This document shows, one piece after another, positions 1 to 9,439 of a DNA stretch of 64,000 bases. Both the position numbers and the translations under genes were made by a program. Origin of the DNA: Octopus sinensis (Eukaryota); the NCBI RefSeq assembly GCF_006345805.1, contig NC_043014.1:6572001-6636000 (forward strand). The letters run 5' to 3'. The first letter of the stretch is position 1. Each line of letters begins with the position of its first letter. The notes beneath the pieces were generated by a model that made no database searches, was not told where the DNA came from, and saw only the letters and a program-made list of their open reading frames with translations.

Positions 1-1966
1 TTAATTTTCCTTCTGAGAGATTTTCTATTTCTAGGGATTCGACACTTAGATTTGTTTGCAGATCTTAATGGGGTGTGTCTTGCACATATGTTCGTGATGG
101 TGTCTACAAGTGACTGCCAGGACTTTTTGATGTTAGTGGGTGTGTATGTGTGCGTGAAGGCCAATCGACTTGTGCAAGATCATTATTGATCGCTTCCCAG
201 TTTGCATTGTGGAAATCCATAGTGTCAAATGGATGAACAGGAGGGATGACATTTGTTTTGCATTTTGGCCAGTGAAATCTCAGATCACAGAGAACCATGT
301 CATGGTCGGAGAGTAGGGTTTTCTCTCCACTGCAATATTGTGGATAGTATCAGTGTGATTGCTGAAAATTAAGTCTAAGACGTTTTTGTGACATCTCGTT
401 GGTTCGAGTACCAGTTGGGACAAGAAGAAGTCATCCATGAAGTCAAGAAGCGATTCCACTGCCTCCCTGTCAGGGTTTGAGAGAGAAGAACCTGGCGGCA
501 GACTGTTTGTAGACCAGTCAACCCCGGGAAGGTTGAAGTCTCCCATCATTAAAATGTTGTCAGGTTGACACTGCTGAATGAAACACTTTATGCTGTTGAG
601 GCATTCCTTGAAGCATGGTAGGGGCGTTTGGGGCGGTCTGTAGAGCCCAACTACTGTTAAGTTGTTGGTTTGACTGAATACAGCGACTGCTTCGCAGTAT
701 CCATTGGAAAATATGTTCATGGCTTCTGTTGAGAATGAATCATGGACATAAATGGCAGTCCCACCCTTTCTTCTGCCAGCACGATCAGCACGAATGGTTT
801 GAAATTTTTAACTTTCACCTCGGCTTCCAAGTGGAGGTCACTAAGATGGTTTTCAGTGAGGACGAAGAAAGGGATGTGGTTTGGATGGGCCTCGACCCAG
901 TCCTCCGGAATCTTATCTTCCATTTTGTGTATTGGTGGAAGGGCTGATGCCTTGGGCATTAAGCAAAATGTTGAGGCGAGAGTGGATGGTTTTAATTGTT
1001 TTGGTGATTTGTTTATTTGATTGCTTTTTAATGGCATGTGCAGTGGGGTAATAGTGGTGGATGGTGGTGGGTGATAGCTCGGATGTTTTTTTCCAGTTCT
1101 TTTGCTAGATTCATTATAGCTAAAAAGAGAAGAAAGAGGTGGTTTCCTGTCTAGGGAACCGCAGGTGACTGTGGCCGCGGCTATTTTTATGTGAGTGGTT
1201 ATCTTTAAATGTTCGACGAGTCCCCGGGAGATGGGTAAAGGGCAATCCCTGTGCAAACACAATCTGTCTCGCTGGGAATAGCGGCAGATTTGGGGATTCC
1301 TTGTTTGAGATATTGGTGGTTGTGGTGGTGTTGTATTATGGTGGTTGCTGTTGTAGTTTGTGGGGATAGAGGCGTTTTGTTCCAGGTAAATGGGTGAATT
1401 GCAGTCTCTATCAGTGCACAGTCTATGGCGAAGAGAATATCGGCAAATGATGGGGTTTCGAGTGGGTGTGTAGGTGCGTGTGTGTGTGTGAGCTGTGAAA
1501 GGTGTAGATGATAGTTTGTTGAAGTTTTGGCGACCTTTGTGACCTGTAGGAGGTAATTCCTTGAGATAGCATTAGTATAGTAGTTGTAGTAGTAGTAGTA
1601 GGTAGAAGAGATGTTGACAGTGGTAATGATTGAGGAGGTCGATTCCAAGACAAGATGTTTGTTGATACATAGTGGGAGTAGTACTAGTAGTAGTAAGCAG
1701 AGGAGATGGTGTTGACAATGATGATGATTGAGCTGCTGGGGCAGTGAAAGGAAGGGGTGGTGCTTCCTGCTGTGTGACCCGATGACTGGGGGGTCAATCG
1801 TTTCGTTTAGCAAATCGGCCATTGTAGATGAATCGAGGAGTGGTTCATCCTGTTGTTGTTGCTGTATCTGTTGTTGTTGCCGCTGAGTTTGTTGTTGAGG
1901 TTGTTGTTGTTGTTGCCGCTGAGGTTGTTGCTGCTGAAGTATATATATTATATATATTTTATTCAA
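1..1966 (-). mobile_element. 5' part of a CR1/L2-like LINE (degenerate ORF1 plus AP endonuclease), running off the left edge
   Basis: ORF 280-720 has APE motifs (VVGLYRPP, MGDFNLP, LDLIFSN). 717-1000 holds the frameshifted APE N-terminus (FFVLTENHL). 104-298 has the post-EN FxxANW...VDW motif. 1205-1966 is a Gln-rich ORF1-like region with a broken Cys/His knuckle near 1250. Confidence 0.8.
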
Positions 1967-2176
1967 AGAAATTCCAACTCTGTTTTTTATGTTTTATATA
2001 TATTCTTTATAATATTAATGCAGAATTAGAATATATAGTATAAATAATATATATATAGTAAATGAAATGAATAGATTGAATAGATGAAATATTGAATGTA
2101 AAATTTTAAGGGACTAGTATACTTTTTTGCATTAAAGCAGTCTTCAAGGTCCCAGATTGTGACAGGAGTGTTTCAA

Positions 2177-2239
<63 letters not shown>

Positions 2240-2249
<10 letters not shown>

Positions 2250-2557
2250 AATATTAGGAATAAATCCAAATTTACAGGGAAAAAATCAGATTTAGGATTA
2301 AATCGATTTTATAGTAAAATATTATAAAATATTATTAGAGACAAAACCACTATTTTGCAAAACAAACAAGGAAGACTTAATCAATACATAAAATTTTAAT
2401 AAATAGTCAAAAAACCGCCACTACAATCGTTTCTTGTCTTGATCGACAATCTTCAGGTGGACTTCCAATAATTCAGTGTCAATTATTTATTAAAATTTTA
2501 TGTATTGATTAAGTCTTTCCTTGTTTGTTTTGCAAAATAGTGGTTTTGTCTCTAATA

Positions 2558-2560
<3 letters not shown>
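2240..2560. mobile_element. Short (TA)n-flanked element with inverted arms (about 2334-2404 / 2483-2560) around a hammerhead-containing spacer; Penelope pLTR-type remnant
   Basis: Arm TTAGAGACAAAACCACTATTTTGCAAAACAAACAAGGAAGACTTAATCAATACATAAAATTTTAATAAAT is reverse-complemented about 80 bp later. The same family recurs at 7166-7470. Confidence 0.65.
2418..2460 (-). ncRNA. Minimal type I hammerhead ribozyme, intact core
   Basis: Minus strand reads CCAC-CUGAAGA-UUGUC(GAUCAA)GACAA-GAAAC-GAUU-GUA-GUGG. Stem I CCAC/GUGG and stem II UUGUC/GACAA pair perfectly. Confidence 0.8.
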
Positions 2561-2600
<40 letters not shown>

Positions 2601-2662
2601 CGGTAAGATAACAAAATATAGAAAGAGACCTCAAGTTTATGTAAATAGAGGAAATTTATCTG

Positions 2663-2704
<42 letters not shown>

Positions 2705-2882
2705 TGGCGTGCGGTGACTTCCGGGGCTGGGCATGCAATGAATTTCTTTGCCCCCCCCCCCCCCCCCCCCCCCGGGCAATTTTTCAGTAAAAAATTTTCG
2801 AAATCCTACGATTTACATATGGGAGATTCTGAAAATGCAATCAACCCCGTATGACCTAGAATTAAAAAAAAAACGTCGCCCT

Positions 2883-3134
2883 GGTACTATTTAAGAAGAG
2901 TGGTCCTGTTGCGCGCGCTCGCGCATCCGCGCTGGCTAGTCGTGACTAGTCGATCCTACGACTATCTAGCAAAGTAAATAAATTTTTTAAACAAAATATA
3001 TAAAACACAAAAACACAAAGTAAATAATGTTTTAAACAAAGTAAATAAAACACAAAGTAAGGATCGACTAGTCACGACTAGCTGGCGTGGATGCTCGGGT
3101 GCGCGCACCGGGACCACTCTTCTTAAATAGTACC
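2883..3134. mobile_element. Nested non-autonomous TIR element (MITE) with about 75-bp imperfect TIRs
   Basis: GGTACTATTTAAGAAGAGTGGTCC at 2883 and GGACCACTCTTCTTAAATAGTACC ending at 3134. Inner CTAGTCGTGACTAGTCGATCCT is also mirrored. No clear TSD. Confidence 0.75.
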
Positions 3135-3344
3135 CATGATTTTTAAATTGTTTGCAATACTCATCAAATTTGTTGAAATTCGAAAGTTCCATGAATTTAA
3201 ACTCTACTAAGGATGAAAATCGTGCTTTTATTTGGTCAACTATTGTACTGATAATTTTGTTATAAAGCATTTTATAATGTCGTTGGGGCTCAATAGATAT
3301 ATTCTTGGATCTCTGAATTCCGATTCCTGCATCGACTCCATATT

Positions 3345-3667
3345 TTTCCCCCGGGCTCAGTTCCCACTGCGTGGCACCTTGGGCAAGGGTCTTCTACTAT
3401 AGTCTCGGGCCGATCAAAGCCTTGTGAGTGGATTGGTAGACGGAAACTGAAAGAAGCCGTGGTATATATGTATATATATGCGTGTGTGTGTTTGTGCGTC
3501 TGTGTTTGTCACCAGCATTGCTTGGCAACCGATGCTGGTGTGTTTATGTCCCCGTTACTTAGCGGTTCGGCAAAAGAGACCGATAGAATAAGTCCCGGGT
3601 TCGAGTTGCTCGATTAAAGGCGGTGCTCGAGCATGGCCGCAGTCAAATGACTGAAACAAGTAAAAGA
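3345..3667 (+). mobile_element. SINE family A (tRNA head, CORE-like CCTTGGGCAAG body, GACTGAAACAAGTAAAAGAG tail), 5' truncated
   Basis: Matches the many intact copies elsewhere, e.g. 30425-30820 and 40358-40765. Confidence 0.85.
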
Positions 3668-4720
3668 GATTGAAAAATTATCAAGTTTGTTTTCGAGTAC
3701 AGTTCTAGTTTTATCTATTTGATCTTACAATACACTATGTCATGTCTTTTACTCTGGAGGATGTTAAATATGAAAAAAGAAAAAAATCTTACTGAATACT
3801 TCTAACAAAAATAAGAAATCAGGAGCTTTTAAAGTTTGTAAGAATCCAATTGCTGATTTATGGTGTGGTATCATTCCATGCTTCAGGATATTCAATGATG
3901 TGCTCAAAAGGCTGATTATGAAATGATAATTTTCCTTTGTGGTAATAATAAGCCGTGAGGCTGTTGCCTTCGGAAATCCTTTTTTTTTAACAATGTTATC
4001 TAATGCATTAGCCCTTTTCGGTGTTGGTCTCCCACCGATATAATTAATTATTTTCCATCGAATTCTCCTTTCGAAAAACTATTTCTCAAAATATCGTTTA
4101 TAACACACATTTCACTGAATTCGTAAAAGGCTGTTTTTATATACGAACACACGTGGAAGCGCCTGCGTAAATTGTAAGTCAATTTCAACAAAACAGAAAG
4201 ATACAGAAAGAGGGTATCATGCGGTCAGCTCATAGCATTTTATGCCACTGAGAGAAAGAGGAAGGGGGTACAAAATATTATGAACGACCTTTCCTCCTAG
4301 CATCTGTTTTATCAATTCACTAAGAGAGAGAGAGGAAGGAGGGACAAACTAAGAGACAGAGAGGGAGGTCATGCGGGTCTCCCCACAGCATGATGATCCA
4401 CTAAGAGAAAGTGGAAGGGGGTAAAAATATTTCAAATGCCCTATCCTCTTAGCATGTCTTTTAAACAGTCACTAAGAGAGAGAGAGAGAGAGAGAGAGGA
4501 AGGAACTGAGACAGAAAGGGAGTGTCTGAAATGCTGGTCTTGTCAATGCATGACTTCTAAAATCAGAAGTAGAGTCACTGAGAGGGAAGGGGAGACAAAA
4601 TACAACTGGACGGATTTTCTTTGAAACAAAGTAACTATTTTATTTAATTTTCCGATTATATGGATAAAAAAATCACAGGGCATGCAACCGCATACCTTGC
4701 ATGCCTGAGAGTCCACGCCC

Positions 4721-4786
<66 letters not shown>

Positions 4787-4890
4787 GAGATAAATTTCCT
4801 CTATTTACATAAAGTTGAGGTCTCTTTCTATATTTTGTTATCTTACCGTTTTTACCAATATATATATATATATATATAATGGTTGTGTGT

Positions 4891-4926
<36 letters not shown>

Positions 4927-4929
4927 TAC

Positions 4930-5465
4930 AATACGTATATATGAGGGTAATAAATTTGAAATTACTTATTACCAGTGGCTAGCATACGTAGATAAAAGGC
5001 ATACGACGCACCAATTTTTTAAAAACATATATAAGAGTGTATAAAATATTTTTATACAGAGAGAGAACACCCCTGGTAGGACTCCTTACACTCAAAAGGG
5101 CAGTTAAAACCCAAATCACGAAAAAAAAAAAGAATTCACGAGTCACGCTGTGATAACACTAGAACTTGACCAAGGTGCCATAGAGTGGGACTGAACACGA
5201 GTTCGCGATTAACCGATTCATTTCTTGTTCGTTCTAATGTTATGACATCGTGCCTCATGGATTCTTTTTTTCGTGGTTTGGGTTTTAACTGCCCTTTCTA
5301 GCATGTAAGTAGTCCTGTCAAGGGTCTCCTCTCAGTGTATAAAAATATTTCACTCACTTTATATTTTTAACAATACGTTATGTCTTATGACTTCTATTTA
5401 TGCATGCTAACCACTTGTAATAAATTATGTTAATTTATCACCCTCATATTTACGATAATGATATT
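4930..5465. repeat. Diverged inverted pair of a ~240-bp repeat (4930-5166 / 5228-5465); third partial copy at 6063-6200
   Basis: GGGCAGTTAAAACCCAAA(T/C)CACGAAAAAA block appears in both orientations. Confidence 0.65.
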
Positions 5466-5532
5466 CATAATTCTGAGGCTATATAGGACACAGTTTTAAA
5501 TTTGTTTATTTACTGCTGAACTATATGCTTAC

Positions 5533-5856
5533 GGTGAGGGCGCGTGGCTTAGTGGTTAGGGCATTCGGCTCATGATCGTAAGGTTGTGAGTTCGATTCCC
5601 GGCGACGCGTTGTGTCCTTGAGCAAGACACTTTATTTCACGTTGCTCCAGTCCACTCAGCTGGCAAAAATGAGTTGTACTTGTATTTCAAAGGGTCAGCC
5701 TTGTCACTCTCTGTGTCACGCTGATTATCCCCGAGAACTACGTTAAGGGTACACGTGTCTGTGGAATGCTCAGCCACTTGCACGTTAATTTCACCAGCAA
5801 GCTGTTCCGTTGATCGTATCAGCTGGGACCCTCGTCGTCGTAACCGGCGGAGTCTT
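5533..5856 (+). mobile_element. SINE family C head (tRNA-like, TTGCTCCAGTCCACTCAGCTG domain) joined to the same 3' tail as family B1
   Basis: A-box TGGCTTAGTGG and B-box GAGTTCGATTCC. Tail CCTTGTCACTCTCTGTGTCACGCTG...CCCTCGTCGTCGTAACC is shared with 13967-14345. Confidence 0.85.
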
Positions 5857-6391
5857 TTAATATGCTTACGCTCGCGCAGTAAGTTTGAATCCAGAATGGG
5901 TAAAGATGTAGCTGTCTTGCACGCGTATTTTCGCTACGTATTTTCAACTGCATAATTATTCGATAGTTAGCGATCCCGCTGACGTTCTACAGATTTCCAG
6001 TTAGTTCATTTGGCAACTAATAATAAAACTCGAGTTTGGGGTTAACTAATTAATTTTTTCGCTCGTTCTAGTGTTATAACAACGTACCCTCATGGATTCT
6101 TTTTTGTTTTCGTGGTTTGGGTTTTAACTGCCCTTTTAGGATGTAAGGAGTTCTGTCAATGGTCTCCTCCCTGTGTATAAAAATGCTTTATGCACTCTTA
6201 TATTATATTATATATTATATTATATTATATTATATATATATATAATATATATATACACACATCATTCTGCTCAATAATGGAACTGCGAATACAATATCCT
6301 TACATATCTCGCTTCTATTTTCATTCCTCCACTTCACTCTGCATTTCATATCTGTTCTATAATAACTATTGCTCAACTATTTTCTCGCACC

Positions 6392-6439
6392 GTTTCTGAT
6401 GAAGGGATATAGAAAATATCCCGGAGACAGCTGTAAGAC
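6392..6439 (+). ncRNA. Decayed minimal hammerhead ribozyme
   Basis: GUUU-CUGAUGA-aGGGAUAU(agaaa)AUAUCCCg-GAGAC-AGCU-GUA-AGAC. The GAAA core is mutated to GAGA. A sibling lies at 43612-43664. Confidence 0.6.
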
Positions 6440-6529
6440 CTTCTCTTTATAAATGTTCTGAAGCCTTTCATAGCCTTGGATATTTTAAATCTCAGTCTGT
6501 TAATTTTATATTTTTGCCCCCCCCCCCCC

Positions 6530-6800
6530 GCATAATGCTTAAGCTAAGAGCCTTAGAGGCCTTTGTAAGAAAGCTAGCGAATATGTACGGCAACAAAGAC
6601 AAAAATCAAACAAAAGAAACGGAGAACGTGGTACACAATTACAAATACAAACAAGAAATAACAACAGGTGTCTTTCGACTGAGAACGAATGAAATTGAGC
6701 TGGCGTGTATGAAGTGAAAGCCTAAAGGCAGGAACATGGGAGATGGATACAAAAGGTGTTAGGGGTCAGCAGTCAGGCCAAGAAAGAAAGAGCATGACCG
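6530..6800. repeat. Dispersed repeat, second copy at about 8610-8930
   Basis: Shared GTACGGCAACAAAGACAAAAA...ACAACAGGTGTCTTTCGACTGA...GGCGTGTATGAAGTGAAAG. Confidence 0.7.
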
Positions 6801-7099
6801 AACACCGGTCACGTGGAAAGAGGAGAGGAAAGTAGGGGCAGCGGGAGTGAAGGATTAGAAAAAAAATCAGAGACAAAAAGAAAGATACAGGGGAGATAAA
6901 CGAGTGGTAAACAGTGGGAGCTAAAGAAAGAGATGGCCAAGAAATGTGAGAGAGGGGGAGCGAGAAAAAGGAAGAAAAATTAGAGGAGGAATAAAAGATA
7001 GAGTAAGAGTCTTGCAAAGTTTAGATACATATTAGATAAATACCTACTATAAGGTGCGCACAGGGTGTGCGTACGCTGCATATATTATATATATATATC

Positions 7100-7130
<31 letters not shown>

Positions 7131-7165
7131 ATATAATATATATAATATATATATATATTATATTA

Positions 7166-7380
7166 TATTAAATTAGAGACACAAACCACTATTATGCAAA
7201 TCAAACAAAGAAAGACTTAAGCCAATACATAAATTAATTATATTATTTAGAAATGTAACAATTATTAATAATTAATTATTAATAATTGTTACATTTCTAA
7301 ATAATATAAATTAATTTATGTATTGGCTTAAGTCTTTCTTTGTTTGATTTGCATAATAGTGGTTTTGTCTCTAATTTAAT
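7166..7380. repeat. Near-perfect ~215-bp palindrome (about 107-bp arms, essentially no spacer), same family as 2240-2560
   Basis: The left arm AATTAGAGACACAAACCACTATTATGCAAATCAAAC... is mirrored around AATTATTAATAATTAATTATTAATAATT, centred near 7273. Confidence 0.9.
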
Positions 7381-7518
7381 ATAATATAATATTTTACTAT
7401 AAAATTGGATTTAATCCTAAATCTGATTTTTCCCTGTAAGTTTGGATTTATTCCCTAATATTTATTATTAATATATTATATATATTATATATATATATTA
7501 TATATATTATATATATAA

Positions 7519-7577
<59 letters not shown>

Positions 7578-7631
7578 TATATATATTATATAATAATATA
7601 TATATATGTATATGTTATTTATATATATATA

Positions 7632-7678
<47 letters not shown>

Positions 7679-7840
7679 ACGTATTTTTGCCATTTCAATA
7701 TGGCTAACCCCTAAGGGTGGATGCTACTGTAGTTTTTAGCCCCAGGAGGACACACTCCTCCAGCTGGCCATAGACACCACTTTCTGTGTCCTGTCAGTAT
7801 TTGCAAAGGGAAGTCATCCTTCCCGTCTTCAACTATGATA

Positions 7841-7885
7841 CACACGGACTCGAGTTTCGAGGTATTGACCTCTCGTCAGCGTGTG
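7841..7885 (-). ncRNA. Type I hammerhead ribozyme, canonical core
   Basis: CACACG-CUGACGA-GAGG(UCAAUA)CCUC-GAAAC-UCGA-GUC^CGUGUG. Stem I is 6 bp, stem II is closed by G-C, stem III is the palindrome ACUCGAGU, and the cleavage triplet is GUC. Confidence 0.93.
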
Positions 7886-8145
7886 ACAATCATAGTTGTC
7901 GACGAGAATTAGATTTCCTTCACAAATACTTATACTTTTTCCAGCGTCCACTGTCGCTGATATTGAAAAAGTGAAATCAAACAATGATAAATCAAAGTGA
8001 GTTATATACAGTAGCGGTAACACATCGTGACGTATTTTTGCCATTTCAATATGGCTAACCCCTAAGGGTGGATGCTACTGTAGTTTTTAGCCCCAGAGGA
8101 CACAGCTGTGAAGGAAATCTAATTCTCGTCGACAACTATGATTGT

Positions 8146-8189
8146 CACACGCTGACGAGAGGTCAATACCTCGAACTCGAGTCCGTGTG
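8146..8189 (+). ncRNA. Type I hammerhead ribozyme copy with one A missing (GAAC)
   Basis: Identical to 7841-7885 except GAAAC>GAAC. This may be a real deletion or a consensus error. Confidence 0.8.
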
Positions 8190-9064
8190 TATCATAGTTG
8201 AAGACGGGAAGGATGACATCCCTTTGCAAATACTGACAGGACACAGAAAGTGTGTCTATGGCCAGTTGAGGAGTGTGTCCTCCTGGGGCTAAAACTACAG
8301 TAGCATCCACCCTTAGGGGTAGCCATATTGAAATGGCAAAAATACGTCACGATGTGTTACCGCTACTGTATATACTCACTTTGATATTTATCATTGTTAT
8401 ATATATATATAATGGGAACAAAAACGCAATGGAAGGCATTAAAACGTTCGGAAAGGTAGATACAAAGGCGGACAAGAGAAACAACAATTAGAAGGACTGG
8501 CAGAAAGAGACGGTTCATTCTTGGCTTTCTTTCCTCCGTCAATTCTCAGAAGTCACGACTATTTCGGGATGTTACACTTCAGATTGTTCGATGTGGTTGC
8601 CCCCCAGAAAAGTCTAAGCAAAGAGCGTTAGACCCTTTTTAAAGAAAGGTAGCGAATGTATACGGCAACAAAGACAAAAAACAAACAAACAAAAAACGGA
8701 GCCCATGGTACAAATACAAACAACAAGAAATAACAACAGGTGTCTTTCGACTGAAAACGAATCAAACTGAGTTGGCGTGTATGAAGTGAAAGCTTAAAGG
8801 CTGGAACATAGGAAATGGACACAAGAGGTGTTGGCGGTCGGCAGTGAGGCAAGAAAGGAAGATCATGGCTGGCCGAACACCGGTCACGTGGAGGAGAAGA
8901 GGAGAGATGGGTAGGGCCGATATATTTTTATATATTATATATATTAATATATATATACACACACACACAAACACACACACCACACACACACACACACACC
9001 CCAACACACACACACACACACACACATATATATCTATATAATATATATATAATATATAAGGTGT

Positions 9065-9281
9065 CGAGCTGGCAGAAATGTTGGCACGCCGGGCGAAATG
9101 CGGTGCCGTATTTCGTCTGCCGTTACGTTCCGAGTTCAAATTCCGCCGAGGTCGACTTTGCCTTTCATCCTTCTGGGGTCGATAAATTAAGTACCAGTTA
9201 CGCACTGGGATCGATGTAATCGACTTAATCTGTTTGTCTGTCATTGTCTGTCTCCTCTGTGTTTAGCCCCTTGTGGGTAGT

Positions 9282-9285
<4 letters not shown>
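9065..9285 (+). mobile_element. SINE family D (GCCTTTCATCCTT...GGGGTCGATAAA Meta-domain-like core)
   Basis: Further copies or fragments at about 20040-20190(-), 22620-22820(-), 28595-28710, 41820-41950, 42990-43190, 47210-47300 and 51660-51870(-). Confidence 0.8.
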
Positions 9286-9324
<39 letters not shown>

Positions 9325-9355
9325 AACGTAAGCAACAAGAATATCTTCGGTAATT

Positions 9356-9439
9356 TGGTACGATCGTTTCACGCTACATCATTTTATTAAACATTGTAGG
9401 TATTACATCAGTTTTAAAATGTTGAGCAATCTTCAGCCA
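9356..9439 (-). ncRNA. Hammerhead ribozyme in the left pLTR, intact core, long stem II
   Basis: UGG-CUGAAGA-[~57-nt imperfect stem II]-GAAAC-GAUC-GUA-CCA. Confidence 0.7.

Larger units (their letters stand above)
2702..4723 (-). mobile_element. Internally deleted hAT DNA transposon inserted in (TA)n
   Basis: TIR CAGTGGCGTG / CCACGCCCCTG, with ATATATAT on both sides. Transposase remnants on the - strand: IISTIVDQIKARFSSL (3140-3270), GFLQTLKAPDFLFLLEVFSKIF...FNILQSK (3720-3840) and GRPTP (about 4030). Purine-rich subterminal repeats at 4240-4600. Confidence 0.8.
7676..8399. mobile_element. Hammerhead-bearing ~352-bp repeat (retrozyme-like), locus 1: 1.2 monomers with the ribozyme on the - strand plus a head-to-head inverted segment
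   Basis: Monomer 7680-8030, partial monomer 8031-8103, junction palindrome CACAGCTGTG (8101-8110), inverted segment 8107-8399. Flanked by (TA)n on both sides. Confidence 0.9.

Noticed and set aside
1828-2043. Val/Ala-rich ORFs here and at 54887-55206
   Set aside because: Antisense or alternative-frame readings of CAG/CAA and CTA/CTG repeats.
5533-5610. tRNA gene (CAT anticodon-like loop), and similar heads at 12848, 13967, 18029 and 42085
   Set aside because: A and B boxes are present, but the acceptor stem does not pair and the sequence continues into multi-copy SINE bodies.
8540-8600. Possible hammerhead (CUGAAGU...GAAAU on the - strand); similar weak motifs at about 2140-2180 and 50638-50680
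   Set aside because: Multiple core mismatches and no convincing stem I. At best these are heavily decayed.
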